Source: Paramecium tetraurelia (taxonomy: Eukaryota). From it: 64,000 bases of DNA. The position numbers and the translations under genes are program-made. This document shows positions 25,244 through 39,400 of the stretch, one piece after another. Positions within the stretch are counted from its first letter, which is position 1. Every line of letters begins with the position of its first letter. The stretch is from the NCBI GenBank assembly GCA_000165425.1, contig CT868207.1:496001-560000 (forward strand). Reading direction: 5' to 3'. Under the pieces are notes generated by a model. The model worked only from the letters and a program-made list of their open reading frames with translations, ran no database searches and was not told the origin of the DNA.

Positions 25244-28200
25244 ATGGATATGTAAGAATAGCAATTGAATGTTTAAGTGGCTGTGAGAATTCGACCCTTA
25301 AATTAAAAAGAGATTATTGCTAAAGAATAAAGTTGTTTGAAATCTGATAGGAACAGTGTATTTTATTTTACAATCTTAGATCATTTTACCCTAAAATGGC
25401 AAATCCTTTTCATTTGATTAAGTGTTCAATCAGGACTCTAGTCAAGATTAAATATTCTAATGGTAACATCAATTGTAAATTATATGAAGTTGTGTTACTA
25501 ATCTGATTTTGCGATGTTTTGAGGGATACAATAGTACTATATTGGCATATGGTCAAACAGGTTCAGGTAAGACTTACACGATGGGGACATCTTCTATAGA
25601 TCAGTTTACGGGTTAGGATGCATATTCATTGTAAAATCAAAGTGATTGTGGAATGATTCCAAGAGTTGTTTACTTTTTATTTTAAGAAATAGAGAAAAGA
25701 AAGTAGGAATAGGACATTAATATTACATGTTCTTATGTAGAATTGTATAATGAATAAATAATTGATTTACTTAATGAATCAATAATTCAAACTAACGTGC
25801 AACCTACAATAAGAGAAGAAAAAGATCACACAATATCCATTTAGAATTTGACTACCATTCCAGTTACTAATGCACAGTATATGATTGAAATCTTAAATCG
25901 AGGAGGAGCACATAGAACAACATCTGCAACCTTGATGAATTTGAATAGTTCAAGATCTCATGCCATTTTCACTATTTATTTTGAAATAAACAGAGAATCT
26001 GAAGAAGGATCATTGAAGGCTAAATTTCATTTTGTTGATTTGGCTGGTAGTGAGAGGTTAAAAAAGACATAAGCAATAGGAAAACAAATGGAAGAAGGAA
26101 TAAATATAAATTAGAGCTTGTTAGTATTGGGAAATGTGATTAAAACTTTGAGTGACTAGAAGAAATCTAGTCATGTGCCATACAGAGAAAGCAAATTAAC
26201 CAGGTATTAATTCAATGTATGCTTAGAATCCTTTAAGATTCTTTGGGCGGAAATTCAAACACTTACATGATAGCCTGCATATCTCCAGCTGCAAGCAATT
26301 ACGAAGAAACAATAAATACTTTGAAATACGCAAGCAGAGCTAGAGAGATAAAAAATAAGCCAACTCAAAATAGAGTAAATATAAGTCTTATGAAAGGATC
26401 CTCATGCAGCTCAGGTTATGGCATTGAAATAATCCATCAATTATTTGAGTGATTAAATTAAGCAATATTAGTAATTACTGGTAGAAAACAATATAAATAC
26501 CGACAGTGTAAAAATTAATCAAATTGCAATTACTGATCTAATTTATTAAAACCAATAGTAATCTTGTACTTACCACACTGATTAAATTAATAAACTAAAG
26601 TCATAGAACTTATCACTGGATCAGAAGTTATCATAAATTTAAAAAGATTTTTTATTGCTTTAGAAAGATTATAGTGAGAGTGAAATTGAATGTTTTAAGG
26701 CTAAGAAATAGAGAGATTAGGTCTTGAAATGGTTTTAGGATGCTCGAAAGTATATAAAAGTGATATTCTAGATTGCTCATATAGAACAATATAACGTCAA
26801 ATTTTGTTGAAGATACAAATTTGGATAGTTATTATAATGAAATTTTCAATTTGAAAAAAATAGTGTAGGAGTAGGAATAGAAAATACAGTAGCTACAATA
26901 AAGGAATGATACTTTAATAAAGGTAGTTCAATTTGATAAATATCTTAGTATAGGAGGCACATAGGGATTAAAAGTTACTACTTTTACAGTATCACAAATA
27001 AAACAAGTTATTAAATTTAGGAGAAACTAATGATGAATATGAGATGGATGAGACTGAGTTTTTGGAGAATGATCAAAAGATTGAGGAACAAGAAAATCAT
27101 CTGATAGAGATGGATAAACAATAGACTGAAATTAAGTTATAATTATAAAATGAAATCAAATAGGATTATCATAAATAAATAGCTAATTTGGAGTTAGAAA
27201 AATTTAATTTGCAAAGATAAATAATCACTAAATAGGATTCAGCTTAAATTAACGTTTTAAAACAGAAAATTTAAGAGTATGAAACCAAAATTTAAGAGAT
27301 GAAACAAAAGGAGACAATGTCTAAACAATTAAATAAAAAATTAGAGGAACAAGAATCCTAAGTGACTCATTTGAAAAATAACATTGAATCTATGAAAAAA
27401 TAAAAGGTAGATTTATTAAAGAAAATGAAATAAGAAAACTAAAAATATATGAAAGAAAAAGATGAATAGCAGAAAGAGTTAATTAAAACGAAAAAGCTTA
27501 AGATATAATAAGATACCATTCTTTGTAAATTAAGAAATGAGAATACAAAAAAAGATATTTAATTAAAAAGAAAGGATGATGAACTATTAAAATAAAAGAA
27601 CGAGAAACTTGTCATTAAATAGCATAATAGGTATAATCCAAATTAATCAGCAGTACAATATGATACTTTTGAAAAGTAAATTGACGATTTATTTAATGAA
27701 CTCATTATGGGTTAGTAAGCCGAGGAGTAAATTACTTAAGAGTATAAAAAATTGGAAGAAATTTAGGAAGAATTACAAATAATTCAAAATAAAATATGTG
27801 CCATTTAAATCAAGATTGATTAATTAGAATTTGACATTGCATAAAGCAAAAACTAATTAAACTAGGAGACATAAAAATAATTAGAGATTGAGTTGGGTGA
27901 TTTCTAAGAAAAAAGAGAGAATATCAAGGAAACAATAGAATTTTAAGTTTAAAAAATTAATGAATTTAGAGCAGTAACTTAAAAATCTAATGAATATTAC
28001 ACGACGATGATGACTAATCAATATTTTAAGGATCTACCTAATTGGTGCATAAGATCTTTTAGATATGTAATTGATAATTGGGTTAAAGATCATATTTTGA
28101 TGAGTGACTATGCATAACAGATTGAAGATTTGAGTTAAGCAAATTAACTTTTAATGAGCTCACGACCGAGTCAAATGAGGAAGTCAATAAGATCAAGTAC

Positions 28201-29590
28201 TCCTAATGATGATTTGAAAAGACAATTAAATGAATACAAAAGAAAACTATAAGCTTCTTAGAATACTTTTAGGACAACTAGTTTGGAATTAGATTATTAT
28301 AAAAACTTTTACAATGAATAGATAAATAAATAATAAAAAGATAAGTCAATAGGATTAAAAGCTTAGTTGTAACATTCGAATTCAAATTATATTGCACGTA
28401 ACTATTACCCAAAAGATGTTAAGAATGAGTAAGAACCTTAGACTTTGTCTCGTAATAAATCAATAGGTCCAATTAGTTCAAGTGCAAGAGTAAGGAGTTC
28501 ATGTTCAATGGCTGATTATATAAATTGTTCTTAAGAATTTGGAGGTTATGAGTAAGTAGTTTACTATTACCCATTTTTAGATTAATAAAGACTTTTTATG
28601 GACATGATCAACCAATTTTATCCCTGTGCCATAAAGAGAACCTTCTATTCTCTGGGTAGTATAAATAAGTTAAGGTTTGGGATATTGAGACATCACAATC
28701 GTTAAGTACAATAGAGCAAAGTAGTCATTGTAGAGCAATCCATTATTGGGCTGAGAGAGATTCAATAGCAATATCTCATGGCTCATAAATCACTTTGTAT
28801 GATCCTCAAACCTTTACTTCACAAGGATTGTTAAAGTCAACAATTGAGGAAGTGAAAGCAATGACAACAATAAATGGATTATTTGTAGCAGTAGGTAAAT
28901 CTACGAATTCCAGTGCTTTGAATATTTGGGATCATAGGCAGAACAAGTATAAGATATTATCAATTATTTTAGTATTTTATATGAGTTTGAAAAAGGATCA
29001 GATATTCTGAGTGCATATGGGTCTAATGAGAATAGAGAATTGATTTATGGAACATTAAAACATTACACAAAGAGAATTCCTTTTAGTAAGAACAAATACG
29101 GATAGATTCAACAATTGTCACCTCCTTAGTTAGATAAAGTGACTGGAGTGGCATCCTTTAGTAATTTTATTGTTAGTTGGTATTAATGTGTTTGTAAATA
29201 TTAGTTCTTTAAGTAAGAGAATGTTGCTATGGAATTAATAAACAGGTTTAGAGATGTAGACAAATGATAGTATTCATAAGGATTTGATAATGACATTAGC
29301 AGGTAAGTGATCAATTCTATGTAATAGTTGATAAATCATTGAAGTTGATATACACAGGGTCAAAGGATGGGTAAATAAAGGCAATTAAAATAAATGAGGA
29401 GGGCAAATTTCAACTTGTGAATGAGATGAATGCTTCCACACAACCAGTGAATGTTGTGAATGTGATCTAATCAAATAATTATGTTGTAAGTGGTGGATAA
29501 GATAAATTAATCAAAATATGGAAACCATCTAAATAATTATTACAGTAACAAAATCTTATAGGGGAATTTACTATAGATGACAAAGTGTGA
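25244..29590 (+). CDS. Kinesin-4/KIF21-like motor with long coiled coil and C-terminal WD40 repeats
   Basis: [56 protein letters not shown]40 units include [13 protein letters not shown]...[16 protein letters not shown] and VVSGGQDKLIKIW. Confidence 0.92.
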
Positions 29591-29664
29591 ATTAATTTAA
29601 GTATTTTAGTGTTAAAAAAGTTAAATAATTGTAATTTAAAAGAACTATACGATAATGTTATTAA

Positions 29665-30948
29665 TCATTTCAATATTGTCACCAAAGATTGGACTAACAT
29701 TCTATCATATTAACCACCTGCTTGATGATTCATTTATATCCATTTGTGTATAGCCATTTAATCTAATCTAAGTCTTTGTTATGGATCTTTTCTCAAACAG
29801 CATTTAGTAAAATCCTATAATTCATTTGAGACATATTTTGGAAAGTCTACTCTGCCTTCTATAATTTTTCTCATTGTGTCTTCTTTGGATGATTGATAAA
29901 ATGGAGTAGTTCCAGTGGTTAATTCATATGCCAAAATTCCTATAGACCACAAATCAACAGAGTGATCATAATCCTACCCTGAAGCTATTTCTGGACACAT
30001 ATAATCTATAGTTCCACAGAAGGATTACCTTGGTTTTGATTCAGGAGAATAAGTTGCTAAACCAAAATCTGCAATTTTTAAGAATTACTAAAATTGAATA
30101 AGAATTAGATACTAGACTAATTAGAATGTTTTCAGGTTTGATATCTCTATGAATAACTTTCATTTTATGCATGTATGAAATGCCTTCAACAATTTATGCT
30201 ATGTAATTTCCAGCTTTATTCTCAGTGAACCTACGATTTGGCTGTTTTTTTAATAATTTATATAGTTCTCCATCTGGTGCATATTCAAGTATTAAAACAA
30301 TCTAGTTGTAATTAAAGCACAATTACTTTAGTTTATTCTTAGAATACTCCATAGAGTTTTAAGATGTTAGGATGACTCAAATAGCTTTGTATTTTGATCT
30401 CATGAGCCAATTGAGCTTCCATTTTATACTTACTAATAACAGTCTTCTGGATCACTTTCAGAGCAACCAAGACTTTCGAAGTCTTCTCTCTATGATAGTG
30501 TAAAGATATACTATGCTTAAAAGACATCACTGAATTTTCCTTTGCCCAAGAACTTGCCAATGTGAAATCTATCAGATATATTTTAATATTTGGGACTGAG
30601 GAGTTCCACTTACTTTAATTGCATTCTGATAGCTGAACCATTTGAAAAGGGAGAAATTGGAGACGGACATTCGGCTGTATCTGGAGTGCGAATAGGGGAT
30701 TTAGATGCGCATTGTCTTAAGGCGGGTTTGTCCTTCTTCTCTATTGATCTACTGTTATGTGGAATTATTAAGGGAGGATTCGATTTTTGAATGATTGGAT
30801 TGGGATTAGAAATTTTGTTTTGCTCCTCTGATTGTATGATGAGTTGAGTAAGTGCTGATTGCAATCTCAGTTTGATATTCTTTATTTATTGATCAATCCT
30901 TGTCGTAGTCTAGACTACTTTCTACCAATCATTATCCTCGCTTTGCAT
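29665..30948 (-). CDS. Aurora-family Ser/Thr kinase
   Basis: GKFLGKGKFSDV, VALKVI, LAHEIKIQSYLSHPNILKLYG, ILEYAPDGELY, HRDIKPENIL, KIADFG, FCGTIDYMCPE. Confidence 0.93.
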
Positions 30949-31029
30949 TATTATAAATAAATAATTTCTTATTTCAATTCCATAACAAGGAAGTAAAGGA
31001 AAAATTATGATTAAATAATTATCCAATAA

Positions 31030-32291
31030 ATGAATTAATAGGCAGATAAGTTACGCTCATATGCCTAAGATAATGTGGTATTCCTATTATAGAGACTGAT
31101 GGAAGACATTTTGTCACAATAGCCAAAGAATGTGGTAAGGTGAATTGATGATATTGAGATTGATTGGTCAATTGCATGGTTAGACAAGAAAGGCAGAGAC
31201 ATAGTCAAATCAAGACAGAGACCAAATGCCTAATCTTCGTCCTCGGATGAAGAGGTAATTGAATTGCCTAAAAGGCCTGCTGCAGCTCGTAAATAGAGAG
31301 CTTCAATTTCTGCTGAAGCATATGGATAGTACAATAGAAAAGAGGTGTATAAATAATTATAGAATTTCAGTCTTTTCAACCTAGAGTGATTGTCAAGTCC
31401 CAATAATAGAAAGAGATTATCAGCAAGAGATTATCATAATCATTTATGTTTGCCTCTTTGGATAGCAGAGAAAAAGATATAGTAATAGATGCTATGGAAG
31501 AACGAAGTTATAAGTATGAACATTTGCTAGCTCTCTATATAGTGTGGACGATTGGGTAATCAAATAAGGAGATAATGGGGATAATTTATATGTTGTTGAT
31601 TAAGGGGAATTGAATTGCTTTAAGAGATTCACTAAGGATGGCGAGAATAAATTCTTGAAAGTGTATTATCCTGGAGAGTCATTTGGAGAGTTGGCTTTAC
31701 TCTATAATGCTCCCAGGGCAGCATCCATTTAAAGCAAAACCAATAGTGTGTTATTTGCTTTGGATAGGTAAACCTTCAATCACATTGTCAAAGATGCAGC
31801 TATGAAGTATACTAATTTACAATTCATTTTAGAAAAAGAGAAAAATACGTCAATGTTCTTAAATAAATTGAGCTTCTCTCCATGATGGATCCATATGAAC
31901 GATCTCATGTTGCTGATGCTATCAAGAGTGCCTCCTTCTAAAAAGGAGAATATGTCATAAGAGAAGGTGAATAAGGAGATATCTTTTATATGATTGAAGA
32001 AGGCAATTTGATTGCAACCAAGACTTTAGTTTAAGGATAAGATCCAGTCAAAGTGTTTCAATATAAAGAGGGGGATTATTTTGGAGAATTAGCTTTACTT
32101 AAGGATATACCTAGACAAGCTAATATAGTTGCTGAAGTAATTTGAATACTAATTAATAGACTGAAGTGAAATTAATATACCTGGATAGACATAGCTTTAA
32201 AAGAATGTTAGGGCCCTTGGAAGACATTTTAAGAAGAAACACAGACAAGTACCAGAAATATGAGTAATATTGGATCACTTAAGGTAAATGA
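31030..32291 (+). CDS. PKAR: cAMP-dependent protein kinase regulatory subunit
   Basis: Inhibitor site QRASISAEAYG and two cNMP cassettes, GESFGELALLYNAPRAAS and GDYFGELALLKDIPRQAN. Confidence 0.96.
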
Positions 32292-32313
32292 AAATGTATC
32301 ATTTATTTATCAT

Positions 32314-33325
32314 TCAATGCTTTCTTTTTCTTTTTTGTTCTTTATTTTATTTCTTGTTTCTCTTTAAAGGTTGAGTCTAAACAAAGCTGGTTGAATAAGT
32401 GTCTTAGAGTGAGATCACTCTTGCTCCACATCCATTAGCAACTTCTACTATTTCTTCTTGTTTCTTTTTAAAAATATCATAGGCTTCTTATTGATATTGC
32501 TTTAAATAGTTAAATATTGAATACATAGTCATTCATAACTTTTTCTAAGAATTCAATCATGTTGATTAACTCATCCAAGATCAAATCGCAGAGTTCTAAT
32601 TTACGATTTTTTCTTTCTTATAAATCTTATGTTCCCATGTCAGTATCCAATGAAGTAGCCATAGCAACAATTCTCTTGATTTTCTATGATAGATGAAAAT
32701 GAATACGCTTTTATATTTAAGTGATTTGCTCTAATTCATAACCTCCAACAAGACTTTAGCATGTCCCTTAAGATTTTTATTATGTTTTTTCTTGCTATCA
32801 ACCAATAAATGTTATGGGATTTCACCTGCTCCCCAACCAAATGGATCATCATTCTCTTCTTCTTCATCATCCTCTTAAACTTCTTATGCTGGTTAAACTG
32901 GTTATGGTTCAGATTATCCAGTAGGTTGTTAGGTAGACTATTAGGTAGGTTATTGTGTAGGTTATTCAACAACATTGTTATTATTGTTGGTTTAGTCCTT
33001 CTCGAGTTCTAAATTGAGATGATTAAATTACCTTCATCCAAATCTTAAATATATTCTCTGACTAATTTAATTTTATCTCTGGCTTAAGTAAGTACACTGT
33101 GATCCTCTTACATTTCAATTTCACCTTCTTCAAGTAATTAAATCCATGGTAAGAACCTGAACATATGAATAAGAGATACGCCTCATATTATTATGTGAAC
33201 TAATCATCATTTCCACAGTGGTCTCCTGACAATGTTTATGGATCAAACTCTAAGGCTTGCTAGAATGATTCAAAATCAGTTGCAGCCACAGTCAGAATTA
33301 GTATGCATACAAGAGATGCTTTCAT
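32314..33325 (-). CDS. Secreted hypothetical protein with QQPT repeats and an acidic linker
   Basis: Signal peptide MKASLVCILILTVAA, then EQPTQQPTQQSTQQPTG, DDEEEENDD and a basic C-terminus. Tiny introns present. Confidence 0.65.
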
Positions 33326-33427
33326 AATTTGTATATTAATAATAATACATAAATTCGTTTTTAGAATCCATAATTGTTCACTCCTCAAATAATAGTTTCT
33401 GCTTTTGTATTTATATTAATATATTGA

Positions 33428-34893
33428 TCATTCATGATACTTGGTAAAATCATAGACAGTGATTCTTTCCTCCTCTTGTCCCCAAACAAAGCAAACGTAG
33501 AAATTCTTATTCTTGAGACTTGAGTGCAACTCATGAATTCTCACTCTCTTGATATAAGCACCATTGGCAGCATTATCGATTTGATCAATTTATTAGAACT
33601 ACAATAAAATCGTAGCATTTCGGTTATAAACATGTACGTTTCGATCAGCAGCTACTACCAGAATGTTTTCATTTACTGCAGCTGCACTGATATTTTGAAG
33701 TTCAACCTTAGTTAATAACTTAGCATCCTCTTTAAGCTTTCTCTCAGTGTTCAATCTATACACTCTGCACTATGACTTATTACACAAAGTAGCCAAAGTT
33801 CCATGTTCATTAAGACTTGCATCCAATACACTAGTCTTCTCACCTCTCAAGACTTCTTCTTTTTCCAGAGTCCTAAATGTGTGATCCTTATTGAACTTAA
33901 TCTCATAGATACTTGTGTCCACACTCCAAGAACTCACTACCAAAAATCCCTTCATAAAACAAGAACTATAATGTTCACCATATGATGTATTTATTTCCTT
34001 CAACAATTCTCCCTTCATATTCCATACCTTGATGTGAGTATCTGAACTTGTAGAAATGAGAATTTTATCATTTTCATCAACATGTAAACTATTAATATCA
34101 CTTTTATGGCAATTTTTAGTTTTAGGAATTACCTTGAAATATTATTTATCCTCTGCTTTTGGGTAGAATTCTAGATTGAATAATTGGTTGTTTGCTGAGA
34201 AATAAGCAATTTCCTCTTTTTTAGATATACAGATTGCTGTTGCATGTGTGTCATTCAAAGTATGGAATAAATATTTGGGTTACTCTGGATTCTTGAAAAA
34301 TTGTTCCATCTCAAATAATTTGATGCTATTATCAAATCCCGTTGCTATCAAATATCTGTTATTGTATGCAAAATCGGTTATGTAATCAGAGAATCCTTTT
34401 ACTGAAGATAAATACAGTGGATGAGTAACTAAAATAATAATTATTATTTACTTTTGCTTGAAGATTTCTATTTTTCCTTATTTTATAAGGACTTATTATG
34501 CTTCTCCTATTTGAGCAATTCCTTATATGATATATGAGAATGATTCTCTTATTTTTACTGTTAGCTCTCCTATTTGATTTATTGTTTTTAGCCATCTTTA
34601 GACTATTATTATTATTCTTTTTCAGAATTCTTTCGCTTTCCTTATTTTTGGTTTTTCTCCTATTTATCCTATTTTTCTTATGTCTTTTATTTTTGTTTTT
34701 TGACTTCTTCTTCATTGTTGGTCTTTTCAATTCTAGTAATTTTGGTATATGCTCTAGAATTCACATACTTGCAAACACTTGCCTTGTAGACAGAGTACAG
34801 TATGTATATGGCTGAAAATTCAATCAATATTTTCAAATAATCATACTCTGGCCATATAATTTTACTTGTGTATTCAAACAAACCTATTTCCAT
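33428..34893 (-). CDS. TBL2-like WD40 protein with N-terminal membrane anchor
   Basis: N-terminal hydrophobic segment, K/E/Q-rich linker, then HPLYLSSVKGFSDYITDF...LIATGFDNSIKLF and further WD repeats (DTHIKVWNMKGELL). Confidence 0.75.
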
Positions 34894-35001
34894 TATAATT
34901 AATATAAAAATGATAATTTGTTTTGATTTCTAAGTATTTAAGTTTTATGGATGTGAGAATGTATCTAATTTAAAATAAATATCTCAATTTTTCTCAATAT
35001 A

Positions 35002-35639
35002 ATGTCTCAATCATTATCAATTCACGTAGAATCGAGAAAAATGTTTGTTTTACAGCAAGTTAATCAACTTGAAGCACTCCTTAATAAATGGATCAGCTCA
35101 AACAACCTCAATGAAGAAAATACTCATTCATCTCATATGGAAGAATAAGTGACACAAAGTCAAACAGCAACTCATATTTCTCACTTCTAAGGATTCCTCA
35201 CTTATTTACGATCACTCAGTATTGATGAACTAGCTTGCCATACAATTAAATCTCTCCAATAACACTTTGATTATATGTAGTAAGTTCTAGAGAATGAAGT
35301 CAAGCTCTATCAATAACGACAATTTCTCAAAGATCAAGAAAAATAAGATGAGAAAAAGGGTCATAAATTTTCTAAGAAATCAAACCTAATTCTAAAAAAC
35401 TGGTTATATAAACATTTCTCCTATCCATACCCAACAAAGGAATAAACTTTGTAACTAGCCGAGAAATGTAATTTGACATACAAACAGGTATTATTAACTT
35501 AAGTTCTTAGATTCAAATATGGTTTATAAATGCAAGAGGAAGAATAAACAACAAGACGTATGAAGAGAAGAAATTTAAAAATATTGTTAAATACAAATAT
35601 TTGTCAATCAATAAAGTTTAATAGAAGCCAACAGAATGA
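35002..35639 (+). CDS. TALE-class homeobox transcription factor, 1 intron
   Basis: FSKKSNLILKNWLYKHFSYPYPTKEQ...LAEKCNLTYKQIQIWFINARGR, with the PYP loop and WFxNAR. Confidence 0.92.
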
Positions 35640-35745
35640 ATTATTATTATTAATAAAATTATTAATCAAAGTGCGTATGTAAGCACTCTAATTTACACCA
35701 TCAATATACTTTAATAAATCAATTCATACAGAGACCCTTACCAAT

Positions 35746-36318
35746 TCATTAAATTAAACACCCTTAAAAGATTCTAAAAATAGATATCCAATTCCTCTTT
35801 ATTCCTACTATCTTATGTTCAACTGAAACTAGATATTTTTTGATGGAGTTGCCCTATTTTAAAATATGATTAAAATAAAAGAACATAAAATCATAGTAAG
35901 GGTGATCTACGTGGAATGTCTGTTGACTCTTCATTTTCTCAATTGAAATATCAAAAATAGATTGGATTACGAGAGATAGAGTTCCTTTTGATTTCAAATT
36001 ATCTTCGGTATTTTACATCCATATTTAAGGAAATTTCTGAAAAATCTGAAGTAATAATACATGATCCTAAAGACCCATATTTGGTTCAGCATTAAGAGAA
36101 AAATTCATAATCGAAGGAAAAGGAGTCCTCAGATAATATTCCATTTATGATCTACCTAAGATTTCAAGGAAGCTTTAGAAATAAACTGGGTTATTACTTT
36201 TAGTTTAAGTATTTAAAATCATAGAAGAATTTGAATAATTAACTTATAAAACAAACAAAATGATTAATATTGAGATCTATTGAGTTATATTGCTTTCTTT
36301 CTTTTTATCGGTTATCAT
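35746..36318 (-). CDS. Possible hypothetical ORF, about 190 aa
   Basis: ATG-to-TGA frame appears open in the ciliate code, but no motif is recognisable. It could be spurious or a decayed gene. Confidence 0.25.
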
Positions 36319-36416
36319 TAATCTTGGGATTATTTAAAACTTTTAAATAATATTAATATAATTATAATTTCTTAATAAATCAAATAAGTCATAATGATTA
36401 TTTTCCTTATTTATAA

Positions 36417-39400
36417 TCATATAAAAAATTGATAGTTCTTGACATCCTCGTTTGTAAACTCTTTTATACTCTTCTCATTATGATAGCAGCTAAAATATTA
36501 AAATCAAATACCCTATCAATGATACACAAGTTGATGTCAATTTCATACAATACAGTTCATCAATAATGTTAAGAATATCCATGTCCGTCAATTCAAATGT
36601 ATGATTAAAATTGAGTTCTAAATGCAATAAGCTATAGTTCATTCTTAAAACCTCTAATAATTCTGCCCAAATTTATCTTGTGTATTTGATCCCACTTTAT
36701 TCGAAATTCAGACTTAAACTTGATAAATTCAATTCCTTCAAAGTCTAAAACAATTCTGATAAGCTCTCTCTGTTTATTGCATGTCTAGTCACAATATAAT
36801 ATCTATTTACCTTTGAAAACTTAAGTTAACCTACTTTAATGATTCAATATCTGACATATATTTAAATAGACTGGAAAATATGGATTGATCATATGTCACT
36901 GTGTCGTTGGATGAAAAACTAAATCTCTATAGCTTCATATTTTTGATTCCTTCAAATACAGTTGATGCCAAAAACAGATCTTCGTCTACAAATTATAGCT
37001 CGCAACTAATTATTATTATATAAGATTTACTCATCCAAACTGATAGAAAGTGATTTAAGAGAGTCTAAATTAGAAAGACTTATAAACATATTTTTTAAAG
37101 TCAAAAGTGAGATATTTTTCATACTAAAATATCAATAATCAATTATTACCTTTGGAATCCAAGATGAAAATGCTGCAAACTTTATAAGTTTAATAAACTA
37201 TTATGAAACAATTAAAGTGATTTATCTTAAATAACTTTGAATTGATAAAGTTGCAAGGACATTGATTTGATAAAGTCTTAATTTTTATTAAGTAATAAAG
37301 ACAGAGTTTTAAAGATGAATTTGAATGTTTAAATATAATGAGCACGTATGGTTAATTTAAAGGACTTAATTTATTCCAATTACATCCAAAGTGTTGGTAA
37401 GTGTTGCAATTCTTATATCACATGATTAGTTTCAGTTACATTAATACTATTTTTATTATAAAAAATACATTTCAATATTTAATTTTCCTCCATTTAGGTA
37501 AAGAAGTTAAGGAAAATACTGTAAGTGTTCTAGAGTTTAATATAAATTTTCAAAAATGGTTCCTCTAAAATCTATATTAATCAAAGTTTCTGAAAGCTTC
37601 TATAAGTAGATTAAACTTTTAAAGGTTAGCTTTTTACATTTCTTAATATTGATTTCAGTTAAAATCAAATTTTAACAAATGCCTAGTATATCCTTATCTA
37701 TAATTTCAGTTTTTTTAAAGCATATTTTAGTAATTGACTAAAAATTGAACATCAATTTAATAAATTTTATTTCAGAGTTATTAATCAATACCTGCTGATT
37801 CTATTTTAGTAACCTTTCATAAAACTAATTAGCAGTAAGTTAGTTCTACTATTCAGATTTATCTTAAGTATCCAATTAAAGTGGTCTATTATTCAAAAGT
37901 AACCGTTCACCTCCAATACAACTTTTAAATAAATCATAGGTTTCTGGTTCTAAAATAATTTAATCTGTAGTTACGATTTTAGTAAGAATTTAAGTTTACA
38001 ATAAATTTAAAACTGCTGTTGATATATTTTTAATATTTTTTGTTGATGTATAAATTTCTATTAATTAAATTTCAGATAAGTGATTTCTGATATAATATGT
38101 GCACAATTCTGGTATGCTAAATTTAAATATATCCGCTTATCCTCCACTTTCACTTGTGCCACTAATTCCTAGATATTTTAGTTGGTTAAATTTGCCTGTA
38201 TCAAAGGCCTTCTTCAAATGCTCAGCTTAAATCTAAGTAGAATATGCCAGATTCAAATCTGATAAATTCTTCAACGGTTTGTTTGTTAAATACTCCAAAG
38301 AGGATTCAGTTATCTAAGGTAAATTGGATATGTCTAAGCTTTTCAATTGACAAGTTAATGTGTAATGGGCATCACACAATAGATAAATGGATTTGTCAGA
38401 TATATATCTGCATCCAGATAGGGAAATTGCTCTAAGATTTTTAAGTAATTTCCCAGCTTCAACCATCTAATGAATCAATTTGTCATTTATCAAACAGTTA
38501 GCAAGATCCAACTTGTTTATTTTAGTTTTGCTTGCTCCTAACAATGCATACCCGTTTTTTTTAAAGATGCTTTCCTCAACATCTGTAATAGAACCTTAAA
38601 AACTCAATAGATCCAACTATTTTACATGTTTTGAATCGTGAATATGATGAAATACAGATAAGGATAGTTTACATTCATTAGCAATAAGAGATCTTAATTC
38701 TTTGTAATGACAACTAAAAATCACCTATATTAGTTTATCAGATGCCAATCCACTAATATTAATAGATATGAGATTGACCAATGATTTATCTCTAAATAGT
38801 TATAACAATGTCTCTTCTTTGAATTTGCTGTAAGAAATATTTAAAATTTATAGATTTTAAGGCACTGTTAAATAGATCTAAGTATGAGATAAATCTAATT
38901 TTTAAACTCCAAAATTTTACAAGAGAGAAATACCCTCATCAGTGATATTTGGGCATCCCTTAAAACTTAATTCTTTAATGGATTTCAAATTGTTTCCTTG
39001 TATAAGACCAGAGAGAATAGCATCCTTAAATAAAGAGCCATCAAGTATTAAGGATTCTAAATGGGGATTCAGATTGCATTGATCTAAAATTAGATTAAAA
39101 TCTTCCTCTTTAAGATCTGCTTGTATTTCTACTTATGTAATGGGAATCTTTTAATTTAGTTTGCATAATGTTCTCAAATACAATTTTTAATCTTAATAAA
39201 TTGCATTCTATATGTTAACTTATAGAATAGTAAGTATAGTTTTCAAAGCAATGAACCAAATTTATCTTTTAATTTACTTATTTATTTTTATAACCTTGTT
39301 CTTCACATCACCTTTGAGAGAACAATTTAAAAATATTAAAGAACTTAGACAATTATTAAAATGAATACCCTCTTTGATCAAACTCATAATGGTTAAAATA

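Noticed and set aside
34386..34815. Lys/Asn-rich and Leu/Phe-rich ORFs in the track
   Set aside because: They are alternative-frame and antisense readings of the low-complexity linker of the TBL2-like gene.
36417..37480. Apparent frameshifted + strand pseudogene
   Set aside because: It is explained as the intron-rich 3' part of the minus-strand LRR gene.
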